DNA from: Pachysolen tannophilus NRRL Y-2460
Taxonomy: Eukaryota
Direction of reading: 5' to 3'
NCBI GenBank assembly: GCA_001661245.1
Contig: KV454017.1
Coordinates: 124,001 to 188,000, forward strand
Length of the DNA stretch: 64,000 nt
In this document: piece after piece, positions 1 through 10,375 of the stretch
Layout of the letters: each line of letters begins with the position of its first letter
How positions within the stretch are numbered: position 1 is the first letter of the stretch
The notes under the pieces: generated by a model
Seen by the model: the letters and a program-made list of their open reading frames with translations, nothing else
What the model was told of the DNA's origin: nothing
The model's database searches: none
Position numbers and translations under genes: made by a program

Positions 1-1038
1 CATTACCCCTAAGAGACTAAACATACTTAATACTCTTAAGGGCATGAATGTAAAAGGTGTTAATATTAAAAATGCAACGAATTTAAATCTTAAAACAGAA
101 ATGGATGGGAATAATGCATTTAAAGAATCTGCAAATAAAATTATCAATGATACACCACATGCCAATAAATCTATTGAAAATAAAAATGAAATTAAAATTC
201 TTGCATTTACTCCAAATGCAGCGTAACCAATATCGGCATATGTCATTAACGTTGCATCGGTATCCATACATTTCGATAATAATTCAGCTGTTTGGAAAGT
301 TGAAAATGCACATAATGATAAAAATGGAAGTCCAAACATCCAACCAGCATGTCTCAAACCTAAAGGTAATGCCAATAATCCAATTCCAATCATAATATTA
401 ACAGAATTGAAAACTGTTTGAGGTAAAGTTGATTCCCCTGCAATAACTGTAATATTTTTACCATTAGAATCTTCAATAGTCTTGAGAAAAGTAGAATCAT
501 TTGGTGGCTTAATACCAGTACTTAATAAACTTGTTCTGCTCGTTATTGGATTCAATCTAGAACCAAATGAATACATAGACCCAGTTCTACCTCTAACTCT
601 ATTTGGAGGATAGCTGTAAACAGATAAATCATCAGCAATAGCATGCTCATTATTACCGCCGGTGCCGGTACCGGCACCAGTACCATTGCCATTTCCAGCA
701 CCAGCACCAGTCTCAAACTCTCCAAATGAAGTTAAATTTGGTTTAAAAATAGTAGATATCTTACTACCAAGTCTACTTGGAACAAAAGTTTCTGGATCTA
801 CCAATTCTTCTCCATCTTCATCAAAATATGCTCTATCACCTGCTAATTTCGATTCAAATATCTTATTCCCATGGAAATTGACACTTCGACTATAAGAATC
901 AGCAAACCTAGTCAAAGAATTAACACCTCTGAAAGAACCTATAGGATTATCAAATATCGATTCTCTTCTCCGTGTATTTGGAATGGCCATATAAGCACCT
1001 GTTGGAGGTGTACTATTAGAATTCGAAGAGTTATCCAT
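1..1038 (-). CDS. AVT1: Vacuolar amino-acid transporter, 5' part (runs off left edge; absent from ORF track)
   Basis: Open frame from ATG at 1038: MDNSSNSNSTPP...RRESIFDNPIGSFRGVNSL...GESTLPQTVFNSVNIMIGIGLLALPLGLRHAGW...LMTYADIGYAAFG; AAAP-family TM1 motif typical of Avt1. Confidence 0.9.
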   Translation of the reverse strand, partial: MDNSSNSNSTPPTGAYMAIPNTRRRESIFDNPIGSFRGVNSLTRFADSYSRSVNFHGNKIFESKLAGDRAYFDEDGEELVDPETFVPSRLGSKISTIFKPNLTSFGEFETGAGAGNGNGTGAGTGTGGNNEHAIADDLSVYSYPPNRVRGRTGSMYSFGSRLNPITSRTSLLSTGIKPPNDSTFLKTIEDSNGKNITVIAGESTLPQTVFNSVNIMIGIGLLALPLGLRHAGWMFGLPFLSLCAFSTFQTAELLSKCMDTDATLMTYADIGYAAFGVNARILISFLFSIDLLACGVSLIILFADSLNALFPSISVLRFKFVAFLILTPFTFMPLRVLSMFSLLGVM

Positions 1039-1381
1039 TATTATATATCAATGCAAAAATGTAAAAACAAAAAACAAAACAGAAAAACACACAACACACA
1101 CAAAATAAAACGTTACAAGAAACTCTTATCCAATCCAATCCAGTCCAATCCAACTACTACCCACTATCCTGAACTGATTCCTGATTTAATAAAGAATTAT
1201 CTTGATGATCAAAAATTAAGCATTTATTTATTTATTTATTTATTTATTTTACTGATAGAGAGATAAAACATTTACTGACACGATAATAGACAAGATGAAG
1301 TTGAACTATTAATACGAGATGATCTTGTACTGAATTGATGATTATATCTCTATATCTATCTATATATCTATCTATCTATTA

Positions 1382-3178
1382 TCATAGCTTGAAGGAGACA
1401 CTATCAGTTTTAGCTTTGTCTACTTTTAAATTCCCCTTCATGTCTCTTTTTTCACCTTTATTACTTATAACTGTAACGTTATTGGCATTGGATAAAGTAT
1501 CAGCAACACTTTCTTTCTTGCTTTTTTTAGCCGACAGTTGATTAACAAAAGCCTTGCTCTTCTTTCTCTTTTCAGCTCTACGTAATCTTTGTTTTTCTTC
1601 TCTTGTAAGTTCATCTTTAGCCATTGTTAGACCAGATTTAAGTGTAACTTCATTTTTATGTACTCCTGTTTTATTTTTGTAGATTTCTTGTGGAGCTAAA
1701 GTTGAAGATGTTGATAAAGTTAATGGCTGTGAATCTTCCATAGATATAGCTGAAGTATCGACTTTTATATCTAATGATTTTTGTGCAGGTTTTGGTGTAA
1801 AATGTGCTGAACATAAAGAGTCTAATTTATGAGTTAATGATTGAAACATTTGTTTAATTTCATTATGAGTTTTTATTAATTCTTCATTTGCAACTGAATT
1901 TGAATCAACTTGATTAAACTCATCTTCGTATAAATCTGCTAAAGATTTAGATGATTTAGTTTCATCTAATACAATTTTTCTTGAAGGTTTGAAATTTGTA
2001 ACATCACCTATTATTCTTCTTTCTAATTCATCAAACTGTTCATCTTTTACTCTTCTTCTAATAAGTTCTTCAATAGATTCAGTAACTTCCTGAGTAACAA
2101 CAGGTACTGGTTTTGCAGTTCTTTCAAATTCTAATTCTTCATCTAATAACGAACCAACAGGTCTATCTTTAGATTTAACTTCACCCTTTAATGCCCATTT
2201 TTTTTCTTTTATAGCTTCCAGCTCTAATTGTTCAATTTCTTGTTGAATTCTTTGGCGTTGCTTTTGATAAGATGATAATTTTCCTTCTTCATTAACATTT
2301 GATTCATCTGGTTGCTCATCTTCATCTGCAAACAAATCTAACATTGTAGATCCAACAGCTCTATCATAATCTTCTTCATTTAAGTCATTACCTTGATCTT
2401 CTTGTTGTTTTCGACTTTTTAAATTTTTTAAATTAATTTTTTTATTTAATTGTTGAGGCTTACCAGGAGCATCAAAAAAATCTTCATAATAAGCAATTTC
2501 TTCGTCAGAACCTTCATTTTCATCATCATCATTATCAAGCTCCCCAAAATAATCAATTTCTTCATCGTCATTGTCACCGTTATCGCCTTCTGCAGCTAAA
2601 ACTTGCTTATTAAATTCATCAATATCGAAAAATCCATCATTTAGTCCAAATGCATCTTCATTCTTTGTATTTTCTGGTTCAACTACTTCAACTACTTCTT
2701 TTTCAGAGTCAGATTCATTAGCACCATCCTCACTAGCAATAGACTCAACATCACTATCTTGATCTTGATCTTCTTCTTCTTCTTCTTCTTCATCATCATC
2801 ATTTTCCTCATCAAGATCAAGCTCATCATCATCTTGTTCATCTTCTTCACTATCTTGTTCACTAAGTTCTTCACTAAGTTCTTCACTAAGTTCTTCACTA
2901 AGTTCTTCACTATTTCCCTCTTCCACATATCTTTCTTTCAACAGAGGAATCTTGTCAAACAACAACTTATCATTAACACCATCAACAACTAGTTTAACCT
3001 GTCCCCAAACTTGTGAAGTATCTAAACCTTCAACATAAATTTCTTCAAGAACAGAATTCTTAGATGCAATAGGATCCAACAACTCCTTAACAAAACTGAG
3101 CGCATCCTGAGAACTAACACCACCAGACCCAAAAACTTCATCTGGCCTATTCTCCAATATATCCAAAAACCTAGACAT
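1382..3178 (-). CDS. MPP10: U3 snoRNP / SSU processome component Mpp10
   Basis: Motifs GLNDGFFDIDEFNKQ, KKWALKGEV, RPVGSLLDEELEF, LDSLCSAHFTPKP, LAPQEIY. First ATG is 3178; the ORF-track start 3223 is a non-ATG codon. Confidence 0.95.
   Translation of the reverse strand: MSRFLDILENRPDEVFGSGGVSSQDALSFVKELLDPIASKNSVLEEIYVEGLDTSQVWGQVKLVVDGVNDKLLFDKIPLLKERYVEEGNSEELSEELSEELSEELSEQDSEEDEQDDDELDLDEENDDDEEEEEEEDQDQDSDVESIASEDGANESDSEKEVVEVVEPENTKNEDAFGLNDGFFDIDEFNKQVLAAEGDNGDNDDEEIDYFGELDNDDDENEGSDEEIAYYEDFFDAPGKPQQLNKKINLKNLKSRKQQEDQGNDLNEEDYDRAVGSTMLDLFADEDEQPDESNVNEEGKLSSYQKQRQRIQQEIEQLELEAIKEKKWALKGEVKSKDRPVGSLLDEELEFERTAKPVPVVTQEVTESIEELIRRRVKDEQFDELERRIIGDVTNFKPSRKIVLDETKSSKSLADLYEDEFNQVDSNSVANEELIKTHNEIKQMFQSLTHKLDSLCSAHFTPKPAQKSLDIKVDTSAISMEDSQPLTLSTSSTLAPQEIYKNKTGVHKNEVTLKSGLTMAKDELTREEKQRLRRAEKRKKSKAFVNQLSAKKSKKESVADTLSNANNVTVISNKGEKRDMKGNLKVDKAKTDSVSFKL
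2860..2912 (+). repeat. 12-bp coding tandem repeat (TTCACTAAGTTC)x4 encoding (EELS)n in Mpp10
   Basis: Direct inspection. Confidence 0.85.
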
Positions 3179-3300
3179 CTCTAAACCTTCTATAGATATA
3201 TTTATATATTTATGTCCAATCAATAATAATGAATAATACTCCTTTTTTTTTCTTCTTAGTGATGCCCTATTTCTTTAATACCGATTTTTTTTTCTTTTTT

Positions 3301-3356
3301 TGAAAATTTTATTTTAAAAATTTTTCAGTAAAAATTTGCACTACCGAAATTTTTCA
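3301..3356. promoter_or_regulatory. RRPE cluster in divergent MPP10/NOC3 promoter
   Basis: TGAAAATTTT at 3301, perfect TGAAAAATTTT on minus at 3317-3327, near match at 3346-3356; both flanking genes act in ribosome biogenesis. Confidence 0.8.
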
Positions 3357-3450
3357 CGGTATTAAAGAATGAATTTATTTTTTTAAAAAAATTTTCCACT
3401 TTTCAGTATTAAAAGTATTATTCAAGTTAAGTTTGTTATAAGGTTGTGAG

Positions 3451-5511
3451 ATGGGTAAAAGAAGAGTTGATAGAGGCTTACAGTCTCGCAAGAAGAAGCT
3501 TAAAGAAGAACAGGATTCTAGGTTGTCCACGGGTCTATTTAATAGCGGTGTAGAGCCGGATGTAAGTGGTGATGATGATTATATGGATGATGAGGAAGAG
3601 ATTATAATAGATAATGATGGAGATGGTCAATGGGAAAATGAGGAACAAGATTATGAGTTGGTTCCTAGGAATTTGAGTAGTTCTGAAAGAGTGGTGGAAG
3701 GTTTGCCGATCAAACGTTTGGATGGTAAAATTGAAAGAGTTATGAGAAAAAAAGAAGAAAAAAAGGATAAGGATGAGGATGAGGATAAGGAGGAAGAGGA
3801 GATTAAAATAATTGAAGATGAAGAATTAGGAGAACAAGAACAATTTGATGATGATTTTGATGAGGATAGTTCTCTTACATTAGAAGAAAAAATTCTTAAG
3901 TTGAAAGAAGAGATTGCAGATTTAGCTGAGAAATTAATAGAAGATCCTGAAGAAAATATTAGTTCATTAACAAGGTTACGTCGTATGGCTGAATCAAAAA
4001 ATCCATATACTTCAAGATTATCTACTTTAGCATTAGTTCCAGTTTTTAAAACAATTTGTCCCAGTTATAAGATAAGAGCATTAACAGAAACTGAAAAAAG
4101 GGAGAAAGTTTCAAAAGATGTTGCAAAATTAAGAAATTTTGAACAAATTTTAGTTTTAAATTATAAAAATTATATTAATATATTATTTGAAAATTCTAAA
4201 AATTTTTCAAATACAACTGGTCGATATTGTACAATTGCAGCATGTGAAATTGTATCTTCTTTACGTCATTTTAATTTTAGAGCTGATGTGATACAAATAT
4301 TATGTTTCCGTATTACAAGGAAACCTTTAGATGAAAAAGAATTTCAAGTTTTCCGTAAATGTGTTACAACATTAGAATCATTACTTTTAGAAGATGTAGA
4401 TTCTGGGGATATAACATATGATGTTGTAAGAATTTTATCAAAATCTTTAAAAAATCGATCATATAAAGTAATTGAAAGTGTGGTGAATATTTTTTTATCA
4501 TTATCTTTATTATCAGATTATGATCCAAATAATATTTCAAATGATGATAATGGAATAGCAAAGATTAAACAAAGGAAAAAAGATAGAGTATATTTATCTA
4601 AAAAGGAAAGAAAACAAAGAAAAGAAAGAAAATTAATCGATGAAGAAATGAGAAAAGCTGAACAAGCTGTTAGTGAAGAAGAAAGAGAAAGATTTCAAGC
4701 ACAAACTTTGAAAATGGTCTTGAGTACTTATTTAGAAATTTTGAAAAATAAACCTGAATATTTGATGGCACCAGTGTTGGAAGGTTTAGCTAGATTTGGT
4801 CATATGGCAAATTTTGATTTATTAGGAGATTTCTTGGAAGTTTTAAAAGAAGTTTCTTCAGATATTTTATCACAATATACATTGGATAATATTATTTTAA
4901 CTCCAAATCAAATAAGACAAGTTTTATTATGCATTACAACATCTTTTGCTTTAATTGCTAATCATGCAAGTTATAAAGTATCTATTGATCTTTCAAAATT
5001 TGTTGACTCATTATATAAAGTTTTACCTTTAGTTTCTTGTCTTGATGCTGATATCGAATTTTCTCATAAATCTTTAAGATTAATTGATCCACTTTCTCAT
5101 ATAGAAGGAGAACCTTTCAAACCAGCAGTCAACGTATCAACTGAAATCGAACTATTACTTAAAAGTTTAGAAAGTATTTTTTTCAAATCAAAATCTGGTA
5201 GTAAATTAAGAGCAGCTGCTTTTACAAAGAGAATATATATGGCGTTATTACATACTCCAGAAAAATCATCAATAGCTTTATTAAAATTTGTTGAAAAATT
5301 AACTTCTAAATACCCTGAAGTTGCAGGGTTATATTCTACAGAAGATAGAATCTCAAATGGAATTTTCTTAATGGAAGAAGATGAACCTACAAGAAGTAAC
5401 CCTGATGCAAGCACTCTTTGGGAAACTGTACTATTAGAAAAACACTATTGTCCTAGTGTTGCAAAAGGAGCTAAATCCTTGTTAACAAAGTCAAAGTTAT
5501 CTGACAAGTAG
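3451..5511 (+). CDS. NOC3: Nucleolar complex protein Noc3
   Basis: EQDYELVPR, KLIEDPEENISSL, PSYKIRALTETEKREKVSK, LEGLARFGHMANFDLLGDFL, LWETVLLEKHYCP. Confidence 0.95.
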   Translation: MGKRRVDRGLQSRKKKLKEEQDSRLSTGLFNSGVEPDVSGDDDYMDDEEEIIIDNDGDGQWENEEQDYELVPRNLSSSERVVEGLPIKRLDGKIERVMRKKEEKKDKDEDEDKEEEEIKIIEDEELGEQEQFDDDFDEDSSLTLEEKILKLKEEIADLAEKLIEDPEENISSLTRLRRMAESKNPYTSRLSTLALVPVFKTICPSYKIRALTETEKREKVSKDVAKLRNFEQILVLNYKNYINILFENSKNFSNTTGRYCTIAACEIVSSLRHFNFRADVIQILCFRITRKPLDEKEFQVFRKCVTTLESLLLEDVDSGDITYDVVRILSKSLKNRSYKVIESVVNIFLSLSLLSDYDPNNISNDDNGIAKIKQRKKDRVYLSKKERKQRKERKLIDEEMRKAEQAVSEEERERFQAQTLKMVLSTYLEILKNKPEYLMAPVLEGLARFGHMANFDLLGDFLEVLKEVSSDILSQYTLDNIILTPNQIRQVLLCITTSFALIANHASYKVSIDLSKFVDSLYKVLPLVSCLDADIEFSHKSLRLIDPLSHIEGEPFKPAVNVSTEIELLLKSLESIFFKSKSGSKLRAAAFTKRIYMALLHTPEKSSIALLKFVEKLTSKYPEVAGLYSTEDRISNGIFLMEEDEPTRSNPDASTLWETVLLEKHYCPSVAKGAKSLLTKSKLSDK

Positions 5512-5662
5512 ATAGATCCAAAATAAATGAAACTTTACCAAAAAAAAAATATAACATATAACATAATATTAATTAATTAATTAATTAATTGTAAAAAATA
5601 ACTTTCAACTGTTTCTTTACCGTATTAAAAAGTCTGTATTTTTTTTCTATATGAAAATTTTT

Positions 5663-5669
<7 letters not shown>

Positions 5670-5700
<31 letters not shown>

Positions 5701-6274
5701 TTTCTATTTTATTTTATATTTAATTACTGGGAAACATCTTCTTTTGTTGGGATAGAGAAAGATGGGAAGTAAAGCTCATTTAGTTGGGCATAAAGGGAAG
5801 AGAAGTAGGGGAAAAGAGGTATCAGTTGAAAGTAATGGTAACAGAGTAACGCTGAAGCACAAGGTTCTGACTAGTGATGATGATAACGATGATCTCTCAG
5901 GGACTGAATTTTTGAAAAACCATAAAGATAATTCTTTGTCTTTTGCTATTAAAAAGAGGAAGAGGAAGACCTAAAAAAATTGGTATTGTGGGAAACTAAT
6001 AAGAAGAAAATATGGAGCTAGGAGTTATATTGGCACTGCAGAGTTTATTAAAAATTTAGGTATATTAAGACAGGAAATTGAAGTTTTACATTCTGATTAT
6101 CAAGGTTCACAGGGTTCTTTAAAAGCTTTAGGGAGACCTAGAACACGATACTTGGNNNNNNNNNNNNNNNNNNNNNNNNNNNNNNNNNNNNNNNNNNNNN
6201 NNNNNNNNNNNNNNNNNNNNNNNNNNNNNNNNNNNNNNNNNNNNNNNNNNNNNNNNNNNNNNNNNNNNNNNNNN
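5670..6274. other. Assembly gap (N 6156-6274) with redundant, indel-containing copy of 6275-6747 on its left
   Basis: 5762-6155 repeats the start of the 6357 ORF with homopolymer indels and ends at the N run. Confidence 0.9.
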
Positions 6275-6356
6275 TTTTTTTTNTTTTTTTTTTTATTTTC
6301 TATTTTATTTTATATTTAATTACTGGAAACATCTTCTTTTGTTGGGATAGAGAAAG

Positions 6357-7988
6357 ATGGGAAGTAAAGCTCATTTAGTTGGGCATAAAGGGAAGAGAAG
6401 TAGGGGAAAAGAGGTATCAGTTGAAAGTAATGGTAACAGAGTAACGCTGAAGCACAAGGTTCTGACTAGTGATGATGATAACGATGATCTCTCAGGGACT
6501 GAATTTTTGAAAAACCATAAAGATAATTCTTTGTCTTTTGCTATTAAAAGAGGAAGAGGAAGACCTAAAAAAATTGGTATTGTGGAAACTAATAAGAAGA
6601 AATATGAAGCTAGGAGTTATATTGGCACTGCAGAGTTTATTAAAAATTTAGGTATATTAAGACAGGAAATTGAAGTTTTACATTCTGATTATCAAGGTTC
6701 ACAGGGTTCTTTAAAAGCTTTAGGGAGACCTAGAACACGATACTTGGCAGACACGTATATCAGAGAACAGGAATTGCAGAAATTCCCGTTAGAATTGAGA
6801 TCAAAATTGGGTGAGTATAAAAGATTGAAAAGATTTTTACCACCCAAAAATAGATTAGGAAGACCTCCAAAGGACTTGGAGAGAAATTCAATGAGTGCTA
6901 CTGCCAGTCCATCAGCAGAAGACTCACGTTTATTCTCACCTTTGCCTCCACATCAACATCCACATCAACATCAACATTCACCTTCGTCTTCACCTTCAAC
7001 TGCATCTTCGATTTCAACGTCTGCATCAGCTTCTGCTTCCTCTTCACCTTCACCTTCGTCTCCACCATCATTACAACCACCACCAGTAACACCAGGCTAC
7101 CCTTCTTCATTATTAACCTTGTACAAAGTTGGTTCTTCGATTCATAGTCCAGTCAGTTATGAACCTATAATACCTTCAAACAAGCTTACGTTGGAAGAAG
7201 ACAACAACGAAGACCAGGAAAAAGATGAGGAATATGGGAACAACGAAATGATTCAAACAGTAGTCCCCTTTTCTTCTACTTCAGCAAATTCAAGTATTGA
7301 TGGTGAAAAACAGAGTAAAGTTGTAGATGGGGTAAAAAGGAAAAGAGGACGACCAAAGAAGAAAGACGCAGCAGCAGCAGAAGCATCTGAAACACCATTT
7401 CCTTCAATAGCTGCTATCACAACAAGAAAAGTTGAAGGTGATGTTAATTCTATTAAGAAGCAAAGAGGTAGACCTAAAAAAAATTTAACTTTTAATCAAC
7501 AAGAAGGATTAATTATGGGAAATACTAAAAAAGTACGTGGAAGACCAAGAAAGTATTTATTAGAAGAGTCTCTGTCCTCACAGCAACAAAGACAAGAACT
7601 TCCAAAGAAGAAAGGAAATGCCTTAAAGGGAAGACCAAGAAAATATCCAATTGAATCAACAGGATCAGTTAGAAAAACTAGCGACAAACACACTTCAAAC
7701 CCAATCCCAGCAACGACAACAACAAGGATGGCTGCAGATAGCACAACTACAAAGAGGTTCAGAGGCAGAGCCGCTTTAGAAAATGGAAATACAGATGTCT
7801 TTGACGAGTTACAACAACACGTAAGTAAGGATATAAATACAATTGGTACTGTTGGCCACATCGAATCCATTAATGAAAACCAATGGGGGTTTATGAAGCA
7901 AAACAGTAAGCAGAGTAATCCAAACATACATGTTAGCAAATTATACTTGAAAGCTTTACTCAATCCAGGATTAAAAGATTCCAATTAG
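6357..7988 (+). CDS. Multi-AT-hook (HMGA-like) low-complexity nuclear protein
   Basis: Seven GRP cores: RGRGRPKK, LGRPRT, LGRPPK, KRKRGRPKK, QRGRPKK, VRGRPRK, KGRPRK; S/P-rich linker. Confidence 0.8.
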   Translation: MGSKAHLVGHKGKRSRGKEVSVESNGNRVTLKHKVLTSDDDNDDLSGTEFLKNHKDNSLSFAIKRGRGRPKKIGIVETNKKKYEARSYIGTAEFIKNLGILRQEIEVLHSDYQGSQGSLKALGRPRTRYLADTYIREQELQKFPLELRSKLGEYKRLKRFLPPKNRLGRPPKDLERNSMSATASPSAEDSRLFSPLPPHQHPHQHQHSPSSSPSTASSISTSASASASSSPSPSSPPSLQPPPVTPGYPSSLLTLYKVGSSIHSPVSYEPIIPSNKLTLEEDNNEDQEKDEEYGNNEMIQTVVPFSSTSANSSIDGEKQSKVVDGVKRKRGRPKKKDAAAAEASETPFPSIAAITTRKVEGDVNSIKKQRGRPKKNLTFNQQEGLIMGNTKKVRGRPRKYLLEESLSSQQQRQELPKKKGNALKGRPRKYPIESTGSVRKTSDKHTSNPIPATTTTRMAADSTTTKRFRGRAALENGNTDVFDELQQHVSKDINTIGTVGHIESINENQWGFMKQNSKQSNPNIHVSKLYLKALLNPGLKDSN

Positions 7989-8390
7989 CTAAACTCACCC
8001 ATTTTGTAGCAATATATACAGATATAGATATAGATATAGATATATATCTATATGAATCATTTCCTCTTTAGGAAATTTAATATTTTGTGACACGACCACT
8101 GTATTTTTTTTCTTTTCTTCTGTTTTTCGGAGGTTTTCCAATTTGTATTTTTTGCGCATAACAAAACTCCGACTAAAAAAGTAAATTTGAAAAATTTATC
8201 TAAAAGTTATAAAAAACTTGAAAGGTATTAAATATAACATGATAAATTTGACAAAACTTTGGTAGAAATTAAATCAGGTTTTGAAAATTGAATAGAGGCA
8301 AGAGGAAAGATATTCCAATTGATAATTGAGTGTGTGTTCTTTGATTGTTTTCACTTTTTAAATTTTTGTTTGATATATCAAATCCATATA

Positions 8391-9824
8391 ATGCTCAGAA
8401 CATTTATCTCACGTAATTCCACTAGATTTTTGAAATGTACACCAAGAAGGAGAAGTAAGTTTGAACAAGAACATTTTTCTTTTTATTTTTTCTAATACCT
8501 ATGGTTTGTTGTTTGAATACTAATGGCTTTTTTTTTTTGTCTTTACTTTACTTTAGCCATTCATTGCTCTTCAATAAATTTTGAAGCTTCTTTCTTTGGA
8601 ATGCCAGCCATGTCACCAACTATGGATAAAGGTGGTGTTGTGAAATGGCTGGTGAAAGAAGGTGATTCTTTCAACAGTGGTGATGCTTTGCTTGAAGTCG
8701 AGACTGATAAAGCTCAAATTGATGTTGATGCTCAGGATGATGGTATAATGGTCAAGATTCTTGCTCAAAATGGTACACAAGACATTCCTGTAGGTAAACC
8801 GATTGCCATTATTGCAGAACCGGGTGATGATATAGCGTCATTAGAATTACCGAAGATTGAAGAAGCACCAGAGGCAAAAACTGCAGCTCCGGCTCCGGCT
8901 CCGGCTCCGGCTGCCGCTGCTCTGCCTTCAGCTCCTTCAGGAAAGTCTTCTGAATCGGCACCAGAATCAAAACAAGCATCCACCAGTACCACCACTTCTT
9001 CTTCTTTTTCAAAAGCTGATTCTACACAAAGATTCTTCCCATCTGTGGAATTATTATTAGAGTTAAATTCTATATCTAGAGATGATGCATTGCAAAAAAT
9101 ACCGGCTTCTGGACCAAAAGGTCGTATTACCAAAGGTGATGTTTTGGCATATTTAGGTAAAATTTCACAGGATGACGTTAATAGCATAACCTCGTACATT
9201 GATAAAAAATCCAAGATTGATCTTTCCAATGTTGAATTAAGGAAACCGGGACAAGGAAAAGAACAAGAACTTCAAGGGAAACTGGAACTGGGACTGGGAC
9301 TGGAACTGGAATTGGGGGACAAGCAACAAGGAGCTTTGAAAAAATCTAAACCAGAACCAGTAAAGATTTCTAAAACTTTTATATTATCTAAACCTGTATC
9401 ATTTGATCATTTGAATTCTATTGTATCAAGGGCAACAAAATTATCAGAGCAATATTCATATGCAGCCCCATTATATCCGAAATCAGATTTAATCGATCCA
9501 CTTTTTGAAGATATCATTGCTCCTTCATCGAATTTAGAAAGATTTAAAATTAATGTCAAGATAAATGAGCCAGTAATTGTTTCAAAGGGAAGTGGTGCGT
9601 CCTTGATTTTTGATGAGCTAACTAGTATCGGCGCTACCGCTACCGGCACCGGCAGCGCCAGCGCCGATGGGAAGACAACAGCTTTACCTTCGATCGATAT
9701 CGACTTAATAGTTTCTGATAAAGTTGTAGATGCAAAGCAAAGAGCTGAATTGTTCATTGAAAAATTTGGTGAACTATTAACAGTTCCACAAGAATTGGAG
9801 AAAAGTCAAGATTTTATAATTTAA
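8391..9824 (+). CDS. PDX1: Pyruvate dehydrogenase complex protein X (E3-binding), intron-containing
   Basis: join(8391..8454,8557..9824): donor GTAAGT 8455, branch TACTAAT 8518, acceptor TTTAG 8556, phases match. Exon 1 MLRTFISRNSTRFLK is presequence-like. Lipoyl motif MPAMSPTM...VETDKA; E3-binding ASGPKGRITKGDV; no catalytic domain. Confidence 0.92.
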
Positions 9825-10090
9825 ATAAATTTAAATAAATAAATATAACGTTTTTTGTTTTTAATTTTTCAGGGACCCTGAGAGAAAAAGAAGAAAATGT
9901 TGATGCGATTTGTTGTATCACATACTAATCGTTTGTGATTTCCTCTTTAGGAAAGTTGTGCCATACACGCACTCATATACGGACACAAACAAAATAATCC
10001 AAGCCTAAACATCTCACACCACCTGCACCACCTTTTTTCTTTCTAAAAAAATGTGTAGTACCAGCACACGACTATTTGATTAAAGGACGA

Positions 10091-10334
10091 GCCACACTTT
10101 GTTTTTGCTTATGGCGCCACACTTGTTTTTGATAACAGAGTTTTCAGGCGATATTACGCAATAGCGTTGATGCAAAAATCTGCAAGACAATTTTTCACTT
10201 TCCAGTTGAAAAGTTTAGACGAATTTTTCAAGTTGAACTTATAAATAAATATTGGTTTAATTCATTTTTATTTCATCTAAACTTGTTTTTAAAGAGTGGA
10301 TTCGATTGTTATTTCTTTCATTTTGCCACACTTT
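10091..10334. promoter_or_regulatory. Met31/Met32-type sites in MET3 promoter
   Basis: GCCACACTT (AAGTGTGGC on minus) at 10091, 10116 and 10325. Confidence 0.7.
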
Positions 10335-10375
10335 TTCTATTTTTTTTTTTTTTTTCATTTTTGTATCTTTAAAAA

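Noticed and set aside
5762..6155. Apparent tandem duplicate or pseudogene of the AT-hook gene
   Set aside because: Near-identical copy ending at an N gap with homopolymer indels; unmerged contig overlap
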